Positions 1 to 9,101 of a stretch of 64,000 nucleotides of DNA are shown piece by piece; the first letter of the stretch is position 1, and each line of letters starts with the position of its first letter. Below the pieces are notes generated by a model. That model was not told the origin of the DNA. It ran no database searches and saw nothing but the letters and a program-made list of their open reading frames with translations. This DNA is from Synergistaceae bacterium (GTDB lineage Bacteria; Synergistota; Synergistia; Synergistales; Aminobacteriaceae). A program made the translations under genes and the position numbers. The stretch covers positions 4,617 through 68,616 of the forward strand of contig JAAYLU010000015.1 in the NCBI GenBank assembly GCA_012521675.1, in the 5' to 3' direction.

Positions 1-806
1 ACAGCGTCGAGTTCTTCAAGTCCTCGTCTCCATTGAAGATCGCGGAGACCGCCCTTGCAAGAGCCCTTATGATGCTCGACGCCCCGATGTGTCCGGCGGG
101 CATGATGCCCGTGCTTCTGTCGGGAGAGGCCGGGGGCACCATGATTCACGAGGCCTGCGGGCACGGCTTCGAGGCGGATATCATTCAGAAGGAATTCTCG
201 GTATACCGCGACAAGATCGGCAAGACGGTAGCGAGTCCGCTGATCAGCCTGATCGACGACGGGACCATACCGGGATACCTTGGAAGCGGCGTCTGCGACG
301 ATGAAGGGACTCCATGCAGACGCAACGTTCTGATTGAAAACGGGGTGGCGAAGGCCTATATAAGCGATGTCACCACTTCAAGAAGGAGCGGTATCCCCTT
401 GACTGGCAACGGGCGCAGAAGCTCGTACAGGGCGACGCCGCAGCCGAGAATGACTAACACCTTCATAAGCCCGGGGAAATCATCGCCGAAGGAAATGCTC
501 CGCTCCATCGAAAGAGGGCTTTTGGTCAGAAAAATGGGAGGCGGTGAGGTCAACCCGACCTCCGGTGATTTCGTCTTCCACGTCACGGAGGGGTATCTCG
601 TCGAAGACGGCAAGATTGTGCATCCCGTTCGAGGCGCCGTTCTCGCCGGGAACGGGCCGGATGTCCTGATGGATATCGATGCCGTCGGCGACGATCTTCA
701 CTTCCTTCCCGGCATATGCGGAAAGTCCGGACAGAACGTGCCGGTAACGGATGGTCAGCCCTCTCTGCTGATCCGGAAAATTACCGTTGGAGGTGCTCAG
801 GCCTGA
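1..806 (+). CDS. tldD: TldD-family metalloprotease, C-terminal part (5' end outside window)
   Basis: Frame 3 is open from the window edge. Translation contains HEACGHGFEAD (HExxxH zinc site) and the conserved TldD/PmbA C-terminal block (SGDFVF...GQPSLLI). Confidence 0.85.
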   Translation, partial: SVEFFKSSSPLKIAETALARALMMLDAPMCPAGMMPVLLSGEAGGTMIHEACGHGFEADIIQKEFSVYRDKIGKTVASPLISLIDDGTIPGYLGSGVCDDEGTPCRRNVLIENGVAKAYISDVTTSRRSGIPLTGNGRRSSYRATPQPRMTNTFISPGKSSPKEMLRSIERGLLVRKMGGGEVNPTSGDFVFHVTEGYLVEDGKIVHPVRGAVLAGNGPDVLMDIDAVGDDLHFLPGICGKSGQNVPVTDGQPSLLIRKITVGGAQA

Positions 807-807
807 G

Positions 808-3360
808 ATGAAACGGTCCAGCGGCAAAAGAAGCAGGTCCTCGAGGTCAAAAAAAAGGTACGTCCACACGAAGACCCCTAAAAGAGAAAAGGCGAGCGCT
901 CTGACCCTCTGGGCCGAGGTGCTGGTCTTCCTATTCTTCTCGTTCATCCTGTACTGCCTCGCCTCCCTCTTCTCCATAAAGACCGGCTCGTGGGGGGAGT
1001 CAATCCGCTTCTCCCTCCTGAGGAACTGGGGAGGCGCCATCATAATTCCCATTCTCTTCTGCGGACATATCTGCGTGTCCTTCTTTTTAAAGACCGGGTT
1101 CAAGGGGCTGCTGTCCCAGGTTGCCGGTACCTTCTCTCTTTTTATATGCACTGCGTTGCTCTTCGGCCTTTTCGAGATGGCGGGGCTCTTTCAGAATTTC
1201 TCCATATTCACGCCCGGCTACCTGGGTAAGGGGCTAGCCATCTTCTTCACCAGGCATATCGGACTTATCGGGGCCATGCTTTTGGCCGCCGCCTTTCTTC
1301 TGCTCTCGGCGACACTTTACGGACTTATTCGACCCGCCTCCATAATCGGCAGGATCTCCGGCGCGGCAGGCTTCATACGCTCCCTGGTTCCGTCGCGCGC
1401 AAAGGAGCAGAACCGTCGCTACATCGACCCTCGATTCCCCGATGACGATATGGAGGATATCCTTTCGCAGCCTTCCCGCTTCGTCCTGACAAAGCCAAAG
1501 CCCTACGGGTCAAGGTATGACTCCCGGGACGAGGCAATGGACAGAGAAATCTCGGAGGAGCGGGACCATCCCCTGTACTCGCCCGAAATACCTGCCCAAC
1601 GGCCAGAGGTTCCGCCGCTCCAGGACGAGCCTTTGCACGAGGAACCGGCCGAAAGGGAGGAGTCCCAGCCTGACTACCTTGACGAAATCCTCAAGACCGA
1701 CGGAATCGGCAGGCCGCAGGAGGATATGGGCACAAGCCCGGAGATGAGCGACGAGACGGAGGACCTCTTCATACTGAGGGGCCCGGACGAGTTCACGGAC
1801 GAAGGATTGCCCGTTCACGACGCAGGCTTTGATTCCGAACAGGGCGAGTCCGACGACCCGCACGCCCTGCCGGATATCGAGTTCAACGAGATGGAGGCGA
1901 AAAAGCGGTTGATGCCAGGCACCTTCCCTCCGCCGCTGGACCTCTTCGGCCCGAGGCAGGAGCTGGGGGCTGCAGAGGATCACGAGGTTGTGAGGGAGCA
2001 GGCCGTCTCGATAATCGCCACTCTATCGGACTTCGGAGTGGGGGCGGAGATGGCGGATATCGTGGTCGGGCCGACCGTAATCCAGTTCCAGCTCCAGCTG
2101 GCGCCGGGAATAAAGGTAAGCAAGGTCTCAGGACTGAGCAACGACCTCGCGGTCGCCCTCACGGTTCCCACGTTGAGGGTCGAGGCACCCATCCCCGGCA
2201 AGCCGTACGTAGGGGTCGAAATACCAAACCCCAAGCGCAAGGGAATAGTCCTCCGCACTATCCTGGAGTCGAGGGCATTCCAGGAGTCAGAGAACGACCT
2301 TCCTCTTGCCATGGGCATGCGTGTAGACTCCCGTACGCTGGTGGTCGGCCTCGAGGATCTGCCTCACCTTTTAGTGGCCGGAACGACCGGATCGGGCAAG
2401 AGCGTGTTCATCAACAGCTGCATCACCGGGCTTTGCACCCATCGAAACCCTGAGGAGCTCAGACTGATACTGATCGACCCAAAACGGGTGGAGCTGAATA
2501 TCTACGAGCATCTTCCCCATGTGCTCTCAAAACCCGTGGTCTCGTCGAAGAAGGCCGTTCAGGCCCTTGCGTGGGCGGTTCGCGAGATGGAGAACCGTTA
2601 CGAGCTGTTCGCACGCTCCCGCGTCCGCAACCTGAAGTCGTACAACCAAAAAGTCCTTCCCAAGGCGAAGCTTCCCAACATAGTCATAGTGGTGGACGAA
2701 CTGGCCGACCTGATGTTCACCGCGCAGAAAGACGTGGAGGACTACATCTGCAGGCTGGCGCAGATGGCAAGGGCGACCGGCATTCACCTGATCCTCGCCA
2801 CGCAGCGGCCCTCCGTGAACGTGATAACCGGACTGATCAAGGCGAATATCCCCGCCAGGGTGGCCTTCACCCTGCCCTCCCAGACCGACTCGAGAACCAT
2901 CATAGACGTGGCGGGCGCCGAGCGGCTCCTGGGCAAGGGAGACATGCTCTTCGTCAGCTCCAGGTACCCGCGTCCGCTTCGCCTGCAGGCACCCTACATA
3001 GAGGACGGCAAAAGCATAGAGATAGTGGAGTACCTGGAGAACATCTTCGGATCACCGGAGTATGTCGACATAGAAGCGCAGGGGCCTGGAGAGAGCACGG
3101 CGGGCGGGGAGGCGGTCTTCGCTGACGATCCTCTGCTTGAGGAGGCCGTGAACATCATAATGGACACGGGCATCGCATCCGCAAGCCGTCTCCAGAGACA
3201 GCTTCGCATAGGGTTCACAAGAGCTGCGAGGATGGTGGACTCCATGGAGAGGATCGGGATCGTCGGACCTCCTGACGGGTCCAAACCGCGGGAGATTCTC
3301 GTCGACGAGGAGACGGCGAAAGAGATGCTCTCAAGGGTTCTGTCGGGGGATTTCGAGTAG
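808..3360 (+). CDS. ftsK: DNA translocase FtsK/SpoIIIE
   Basis: N-terminal TM helices, acidic/Pro-rich linker, motor domain with Walker A GTTGSGKSV, C-terminal gamma winged-helix tail (SASRLQRQLRIGFTRAARMVD). ATG at 808 follows GGAGGTG; the ORF-track TTG at 787 is an alternative start. Confidence 0.93.
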   Translation: MKRSSGKRSRSSRSKKRYVHTKTPKREKASALTLWAEVLVFLFFSFILYCLASLFSIKTGSWGESIRFSLLRNWGGAIIIPILFCGHICVSFFLKTGFKGLLSQVAGTFSLFICTALLFGLFEMAGLFQNFSIFTPGYLGKGLAIFFTRHIGLIGAMLLAAAFLLLSATLYGLIRPASIIGRISGAAGFIRSLVPSRAKEQNRRYIDPRFPDDDMEDILSQPSRFVLTKPKPYGSRYDSRDEAMDREISEERDHPLYSPEIPAQRPEVPPLQDEPLHEEPAEREESQPDYLDEILKTDGIGRPQEDMGTSPEMSDETEDLFILRGPDEFTDEGLPVHDAGFDSEQGESDDPHALPDIEFNEMEAKKRLMPGTFPPPLDLFGPRQELGAAEDHEVVREQAVSIIATLSDFGVGAEMADIVVGPTVIQFQLQLAPGIKVSKVSGLSNDLAVALTVPTLRVEAPIPGKPYVGVEIPNPKRKGIVLRTILESRAFQESENDLPLAMGMRVDSRTLVVGLEDLPHLLVAGTTGSGKSVFINSCITGLCTHRNPEELRLILIDPKRVELNIYEHLPHVLSKPVVSSKKAVQALAWAVREMENRYELFARSRVRNLKSYNQKVLPKAKLPNIVIVVDELADLMFTAQKDVEDYICRLAQMARATGIHLILATQRPSVNVITGLIKANIPARVAFTLPSQTDSRTIIDVAGAERLLGKGDMLFVSSRYPRPLRLQAPYIEDGKSIEIVEYLENIFGSPEYVDIEAQGPGESTAGGEAVFADDPLLEEAVNIIMDTGIASASRLQRQLRIGFTRAARMVDSMERIGIVGPPDGSKPREILVDEETAKEMLSRVLSGDFE

Positions 3361-3362
3361 AC

Positions 3363-4073
3363 GTGTTTTCCCTGGGCCTGCCTCGGATCGAGGCCCTCTT
3401 CGACGTAGATCTCCCGGAGCCCATACTCCTCGTGGCCGGAGGCAGAAAACCCGACGCCGATTGGCTGGCGGAAGCCTCGTCCGGGTTCCGGGTTCGCTGG
3501 AGCGCGGATTCCGGCGTCCTTGCCTGCATGGAGGCCGGGTTTCTTCCGCAAAGGCTTGTCGGGGACGCCGACAGCACCCCGGAGGACGTCTGGACCCATG
3601 CGGTATTGTCTGGGGTCTCGGTGACGAAGCACCCCGAGGACAAGGGCCTGACCGATCTGCAGCTGGCCCTTTTAGCGGCCTCGGAGGAGTCGGCGGGGAC
3701 GCCTGTCCTGGTAACGGGTTGCTGGGGAGGGAGGTTCGATCATCTCTTCTCAAATGTCTTTTCTGTTCTCTGGGCTTTGGAACGGGGCACGCGCGTGGTG
3801 GCGCTGGCGGACGAGGTCGAGTTGATGCTGATTCTGACGGGAGGGGAGAGCGCGCTGATCAGGTTCACGGACGAAGTGCCCGATGTCTTCTCGCTCCTTC
3901 CGCTGACGTCGGAGTGCTCCGGCGTCTCTTTGAAGAACACCAGGTGGGAGTTGGAGGATTCCCTTCTGCTTCAAAAACATCCTTATTCAATAAGCAACAG
4001 AACCGAGGAGAAAGAAGTTCCAGTACGGTTGCAGAAGGGAATCCTTGGTGTATACTGCGGATGGTTCCGGTGA
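3363..4073 (+). CDS. thiN: thiamine pyrophosphokinase
   Basis: LLVAGG...VGDADS...DKGLTDLQLAL...GGRFDH pattern matches the TPK catalytic plus thiamine-binding domains. GTG start lies 2 nt after the ftsK stop. Confidence 0.75.
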   Translation: MFSLGLPRIEALFDVDLPEPILLVAGGRKPDADWLAEASSGFRVRWSADSGVLACMEAGFLPQRLVGDADSTPEDVWTHAVLSGVSVTKHPEDKGLTDLQLALLAASEESAGTPVLVTGCWGGRFDHLFSNVFSVLWALERGTRVVALADEVELMLILTGGESALIRFTDEVPDVFSLLPLTSECSGVSLKNTRWELEDSLLLQKHPYSISNRTEEKEVPVRLQKGILGVYCGWFR

Positions 4074-4087
4074 TCGGCGAGGATTCC

Positions 4088-4282
4088 TTAAAGTGCTCTC
4101 TTGACTTTTCCTGAACGGAGACACCGGGTGCAAACTCTCATCCTGAGAGACTCACCGCCGCCGACGTCGGCCTTTACGCTTTTAAGGTTTATCAACCAGC
4201 GTCTTCGCGTATGACGGTTGGAGTGGCTCACGGCGTTTCCGGTCGCAGGACCTCTGCCGCAGCATTCACAAACTTTTGCCAA
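4088..4282 (-). CDS. rpmB: 50S ribosomal protein L28
   Basis: AKVCECCGRGPATGNAVSHSNRHTRRRW matches the L28 N-terminus. Likely TTG start at 4282 with GGGGG upstream; the ORF-track start at 4336 looks like an extension. Confidence 0.85.
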   Translation of the reverse strand: MAKVCECCGRGPATGNAVSHSNRHTRRRWLINLKSVKADVGGGESLRMRVCTRCLRSGKVKRAL

Positions 4283-4342
4283 TGATTTCGCCCCCTTGCT
4301 GCGATTAGTTTCTTTCAAACAGAGGAATATTAGCACAGAGAC

Positions 4343-4618
4343 GTGACGGAGGCAACTTTTTTTCTTCCGGGGGAGGTTTCGATAGAGTTGAGTTTCAGCA
4401 AAAAAATGGAGGAACTGGATAGCATAGTTGCCCGCATCGAGAAAGGCCCGATGCCTCTGGAGGATGCTCTCGCCCTTTTTGAAAAGGGCGTGAAGCTGGT
4501 GAAAGAGTGCAGAGAGTACCTTTTGGAGGCAAAGGGAAGGGTCAGGGCTCTGACCGAGGAGGGAGAGCTGGTCCCCCTGTCGCAGCCCCTGGATTATGAC
4601 GGGGAGGGCTCCCGATGA
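4343..4618 (+). CDS. xseB: exodeoxyribonuclease VII small subunit
   Basis: ELSFSKKMEELDSIVARIEKGPMPLEDALALFEKG matches the XseB helical hairpin. Start uncertain (GTG 4343 or a downstream TTG/ATG). Confidence 0.85.
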   Translation: MTEATFFLPGEVSIELSFSKKMEELDSIVARIEKGPMPLEDALALFEKGVKLVKECREYLLEAKGRVRALTEEGELVPLSQPLDYDGEGSR

Positions 4619-5529
4619 GAAAAAGACGATCCGACATCCCGTTTTCCGAGCAGATCGCCGAGGCTGGACAGTTCATAGAGGCGCGGATAGAGGACCTCTC
4701 AAGGGCCTTGCCACATCCGGCACCGGCAAGGCTGAGGGAGTCCATGCTGTATTCGTTGACGGCAGGGGGCAAGAGGCTGCGTCCTATACTCTGCATCAAG
4801 GCCGCGGAGGTCTTCGGTATGCCCTGGGAGAAGAGCTTCCCCCTCGCTCTGGGGTTCGAGATGATTCATACAGGGTCGCTGATCCAGGACGACCTGCCCT
4901 CTATGGACAACGACGAGCTCAGGCGAGGCAAGCCGACGAACCACGTGATCTTCGGCGAGTCGCTGGCGATACTGGCGGGAGACTCGCTGCTCGCGTGGGC
5001 CTTCGAATACCCTATAGCCAGGATGGTAAAGGCGAAGATCCCCTATTCGCGGATCTGCAGGGCCACGGAGATACTGGCCAAGGCGCTTGGTCCGTTCGGG
5101 TTATGCGGCGGGCAGGTGCTGGACACGGACCCGGCGAGCATGGAGGACGGGGATGACTTCCCCTTCAGGGTTGCGGCTCAGAAGACCGGCGTGCTGATAG
5201 CGGCCTGCCTGGAGGGGGGCGCCGTAATAGGAGGTGCGAGGCGCAGGGCTGCGTCCGCCTTCAGGAGTTACGGCATGCACCTCGGGATCGCCTTCCAGAT
5301 TGTGGATGACATTCTGGACGTCACGTCGTCGGCAGAGGAACTGGGCAAGACCCCAGGTAAGGACGCCGTCCTCGACAGGAAGACGTTCGTGTCGGTCTAC
5401 GGGGTGGAGGAGGCAGGACGACTCGCGCTTTCCGAGAGCAAAAAAGCGGTCGACGCTCTCAAGATTGTGGGAGGGGACACGGCCTTCTTCTCCGAGATGG
5501 CCGACCACCTGGTGGAAAGGACGCGATAA
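4615..5529 (+). CDS. ispA: polyprenyl (farnesyl/geranylgeranyl) diphosphate synthase
   Basis: First and second Asp-rich motifs (LIQDDLPSMDNDELRRGKPT and QIVDDILD). ATGA overlap with the xseB stop. Confidence 0.9.
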   Translation: MRKRRSDIPFSEQIAEAGQFIEARIEDLSRALPHPAPARLRESMLYSLTAGGKRLRPILCIKAAEVFGMPWEKSFPLALGFEMIHTGSLIQDDLPSMDNDELRRGKPTNHVIFGESLAILAGDSLLAWAFEYPIARMVKAKIPYSRICRATEILAKALGPFGLCGGQVLDTDPASMEDGDDFPFRVAAQKTGVLIAACLEGGAVIGGARRRAASAFRSYGMHLGIAFQIVDDILDVTSSAEELGKTPGKDAVLDRKTFVSVYGVEEAGRLALSESKKAVDALKIVGGDTAFFSEMADHLVERTR

Positions 5530-7442
5530 TGATGACGGTTCTCAATCGGATAAAACACTACTCCGAGCTGAAGGGCTTCTCAACGGACGAGCTGAGGACC
5601 TTGGCCTCGGAGATCAGAGAGTACATAGTCTCGGTCGTATCGAAGACCGGAGGGCACATGGCGTCCTCGCTCGGGGCCGTTGAACTGACCCTCGCCCTGC
5701 TGCGAGCCTTCGACCCGGGAGAGGACAGGATCGTATTCGACGTCGGACATCAGACATACGCGTATAAAATTCTGACGGGAAGAAGGGACAGGTTCCCGAC
5801 ACTCAGGCAGTGGGGAGGCATCAGCGGCTTTCCCAAGCGATCCGAAAGCCCCTACGACCACTTCGACACAGGTCACAGCAGCACATCCCTGTCGGCAGCA
5901 CTCGGGTACGCCAAGGCCAGGGACGTCCTCGGCGAGGACAACCACGTCGTGGCCGTGATAGGAGACGCGTCCCTGCTTAACGGACTGGCCTTTGAGGCCC
6001 TTAACTACACGAAGGACTCGAACACCAAGGTGATCTACATCCTGAACGACAATACCATGTCCATAAGCCCCAGGGTCGGAGGTTTCGCTACTCACCTCGC
6101 CAGGCTAAGCTCGAGCACCGCCTACAACTCCCTGAAAAAGGCCATAAAGGAGTCATGCTCCTCCCTTCCGAAGGGGCAGGCGCTCGAGAACGCGCTGGGA
6201 AAGCTCAAGGACCATATCAAATCCATCGTCAAGCCGATCAACGTCTTCGACGAGATGGACATCAACTACTGGGGACCGTTCGACGGACACAATGTCGAGG
6301 AGATCGAGTACGTGCTGGAGCTGGCCAAGAAGTACGATAAGCCGGTGCTCGTCCACCTGGTCACGGTGAAGGGCAAGGGCCTCGAGGAGGCGGAGAGGGA
6401 GCCCACGAAGTACCACGGAGTCCCTCCTCACGCCCCCAGGCCGGCCGAGCCTGGCTCGGTGCGCTCATGGAGCGAGGCGGCCTCGAGCGCAGTACTCGAA
6501 CTCGCCGAACGAGACAGGCGTATCGTATGTCTGACGGCGGCCATGAAGTGCGGCAGCAAGCTCGAGGCCTTCGCGTCACGCTTCCCCGAGCGCTTCTTCG
6601 ACGTGGGGATAGCCGAGAGCCACATGCTGACCATGGCGGCCGGAATGGCCGCGGGCGGACTGAGGCCGGTCGTGTTCGTCTATTCCACCTTCCTGCAGAG
6701 GGCGATGGACCAGCTCGTCCACGACATAGCGATGCAGAATCTCCCGGTGACCCTGGCGATAGACCGGTCCGGCCTGATAGGCGACGACGGGGAGACGCAC
6801 CAGGGGCTGCTCGACATCTCCTGGCTGAGGCCCATACCCAACCTCGTTGTGACCGCCCCGAGGGACGAGGTCGGCCTGCAGTCCCTTTTCGAAATGGCCG
6901 TGCGCTACGACGGACCGGTCGCAATACGATATCCGAGAGGAACGGTCATCCCCTCGCTCAGGCGAACCAGGGACGACTCTTTCATCGACGGCCTTCCGGT
7001 CCCGGAGGTCCTAGAACCGGGAGAAAAGCTCGCCCTGGTAGGCTACGGCAAGACAGTTGATCTGATGCTGGAGGCGCACGAAATGATTGTGAAAGCCGGT
7101 GGTGTCCCTCCGACCGTCGTTGATCTGAAATGCGTAAAACCCCTTCCGGGATCGGCGATCGAGAGCCTGTTGCACGAGCACGAACTGCTCGTGGTGGCCG
7201 AGGACGGATACAAGGCGGGAGGAGTCGGAGAGGCGATAGCGACCCTGTCGAAGTCGCTGCAACCGGTCGGCCGTACGACCTCGGTCGTCGCCCTGGGCAT
7301 TCCCGACCTGTTCGTCTCACAGGGCACCATGGCGCAGCAGGCTGAGTTCTGCGGGCTCACGCCGACCAGAGTGGTGAGAATGATTGAAGAGCACCAAAAA
7401 AGAGCGCATAGACAGGGTCATAGCGTCAAGAGGGCTCGCTGA
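5529..7442 (+). CDS. dxs: 1-deoxy-D-xylulose-5-phosphate synthase
   Basis: 637 aa with the GGH...SSLG, GDG...NG...EA..., ILNDN TPP-binding pattern and a transketolase-like C-terminal domain. Conserved position after ispA. Confidence 0.95.
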   Translation: MMTVLNRIKHYSELKGFSTDELRTLASEIREYIVSVVSKTGGHMASSLGAVELTLALLRAFDPGEDRIVFDVGHQTYAYKILTGRRDRFPTLRQWGGISGFPKRSESPYDHFDTGHSSTSLSAALGYAKARDVLGEDNHVVAVIGDASLLNGLAFEALNYTKDSNTKVIYILNDNTMSISPRVGGFATHLARLSSSTAYNSLKKAIKESCSSLPKGQALENALGKLKDHIKSIVKPINVFDEMDINYWGPFDGHNVEEIEYVLELAKKYDKPVLVHLVTVKGKGLEEAEREPTKYHGVPPHAPRPAEPGSVRSWSEAASSAVLELAERDRRIVCLTAAMKCGSKLEAFASRFPERFFDVGIAESHMLTMAAGMAAGGLRPVVFVYSTFLQRAMDQLVHDIAMQNLPVTLAIDRSGLIGDDGETHQGLLDISWLRPIPNLVVTAPRDEVGLQSLFEMAVRYDGPVAIRYPRGTVIPSLRRTRDDSFIDGLPVPEVLEPGEKLALVGYGKTVDLMLEAHEMIVKAGGVPPTVVDLKCVKPLPGSAIESLLHEHELLVVAEDGYKAGGVGEAIATLSKSLQPVGRTTSVVALGIPDLFVSQGTMAQQAEFCGLTPTRVVRMIEEHQKRAHRQGHSVKRAR

Positions 7443-8223
7443 ATCCAGGACGGCCGCCCGAGGCCTTGTCATGGCCGGGAAGGTCTTTGTCTCCGGAGTA
7501 CGGGTGGACAAAGCCGGCACGCTCGTAGCAGAGGACTCCTTGATAGAGATAAAAAGGGAGTCCGTCGAGTGGGTGAGCCGCGGCGCCCTCAAGCTGGTAA
7601 AAGCGCTGGACGTCTTCCGCGTGGACCCGAAGAACAGAATATGCGTCGATATCGGAGCGTCCACCGGAGGCTTTACGCAGGTCCTGCTTGCGAGGGGCGC
7701 CTCCAGGGTCTATTCGGTCGACGTGGGATACGGCCAGCTCGCATGGTCCCTCAGGAACGACGAGAGAGTAGTGGTGATGGAGAGGAAAAACGCCAGGGAC
7801 CTTCGCCCATCGGACTTTGACGGCACGCCCGAAATCGCCGTGGTGGACGCGTCCTTCATCTCTCTCCGCCTGCTTCTTCCCGTGATGAACTCCTTCCTCC
7901 CGAGCGCCGGTGAAGCGGTGGCGCTTGTAAAACCTCAGTTCGAGATTGGCAGGGGAAGGGTGGGCAAGGGGGGAAGAGTGCGCTCGAAGGAGGACCACGT
8001 CGAAGTTCTGGACGGTATGACATCCTTCTGCGACAAGAAGCTAGCGCTAAAGCCCTCGGGGCTCGCCTTCTCACCCATAACCGGCGCGAAGGGGAATATC
8101 GAATACCTGCTTTATCTAAGAAAGACCGGCGATAGCGTCCCTACCACCCTCTCGTCAAGAGAGGTGGTGGAGGAGGCGCACGCCTTCTTTTCCGAAGAAC
8201 GCGAAGAACGGAGAGAGCCATGA
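7384..8223 (+). CDS. tlyA: TlyA-family 16S/23S rRNA 2'-O-methyltransferase
   Basis: S4-like N-terminus (ERIDRVIASRGLAESRTAARGLVMAGKVFV) plus FtsJ-type SAM fold (DIGASTGGFTQVLL). TTG start overlaps the dxs 3' end. Confidence 0.85.
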   Translation: MKSTKKERIDRVIASRGLAESRTAARGLVMAGKVFVSGVRVDKAGTLVAEDSLIEIKRESVEWVSRGALKLVKALDVFRVDPKNRICVDIGASTGGFTQVLLARGASRVYSVDVGYGQLAWSLRNDERVVVMERKNARDLRPSDFDGTPEIAVVDASFISLRLLLPVMNSFLPSAGEAVALVKPQFEIGRGRVGKGGRVRSKEDHVEVLDGMTSFCDKKLALKPSGLAFSPITGAKGNIEYLLYLRKTGDSVPTTLSSREVVEEAHAFFSEEREERREP

Positions 8224-9101
8224 AGCACCCTTGCATTGGAATGCTCGTCAACACAAGGAAGCCCGGCGCGTTGAAGATGGCGAACACGCTCCTTCACTGG
8301 GGCAACGAGAACGGCGTCCAATTCCTGCTTCCTCCGCACGAGGCCTCGGTAATAGGAGTTCAAGGGCTGAGCGACGAGGAGTGGAAAGAGAGGGTCGACA
8401 TCGCCCTTGTCATAGGCGGCGACGGGACCTTCCTGCGCGCGGCGCGATACGTGCTTGGGTCGCCGGTGCTTCTCTACGGAATAAACCTGGGACACCTGGG
8501 TTTTCTTGCATCGGGCAAAGCAGAGGAGGCGATCGACGACATCGAGTGCATCCTCAAGGAAGAGTACTCGGTTCAGACGCATAAAGTCCTCGATGGAACC
8601 GTCTCGAGGGACGGTCACGAGACCTACTCCCTGTACGCCCTGAACGACCTGGTACTGGCAAAAGGGGCTCTCGCAAGGGTAATGCATATAGAGGTCCATA
8701 TCGGCGACAAGCTTTTGAGCACGATCCCGGCGGACGGTCTGATCGTCGCCACGCCGACCGGCTCAACGGCATACGCCCTCTCCGCGGGCGGCCCCATAAT
8801 CCCTCCCCACGTACCTTGTATGCTGATAGTGCCGATATGTGCCCACACCCTCTATTCACGGCCAGTCGTAGCGGGGGAGGACGACACGATAACCTTGATA
8901 CCGCGCGGAAACCACAGGGACCTCCTGCTGACTCAGGACGGACAGCTCGGGTATGAAATCTTGCCTGGAGACCGCATTGATATCTCTCTTAGCCGATCTC
9001 ACAAGATCGACGTGATCATCCTGCCTTCCCGTAATTACTTCGACCTGCTGCAGGAGAAACTGCGCTGGGGCCAGGGCATCGTCACCTTCGAGAAGGAGTG
9101 A
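8220..9101 (+). CDS. nadK: NAD kinase
   Basis: GGDGTFL motif and NAD-kinase C-terminal block (ATPTGSTAYALSAGGP). ATGA overlap with the tlyA stop. Confidence 0.92.
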   Translation: MKHPCIGMLVNTRKPGALKMANTLLHWGNENGVQFLLPPHEASVIGVQGLSDEEWKERVDIALVIGGDGTFLRAARYVLGSPVLLYGINLGHLGFLASGKAEEAIDDIECILKEEYSVQTHKVLDGTVSRDGHETYSLYALNDLVLAKGALARVMHIEVHIGDKLLSTIPADGLIVATPTGSTAYALSAGGPIIPPHVPCMLIVPICAHTLYSRPVVAGEDDTITLIPRGNHRDLLLTQDGQLGYEILPGDRIDISLSRSHKIDVIILPSRNYFDLLQEKLRWGQGIVTFEKE

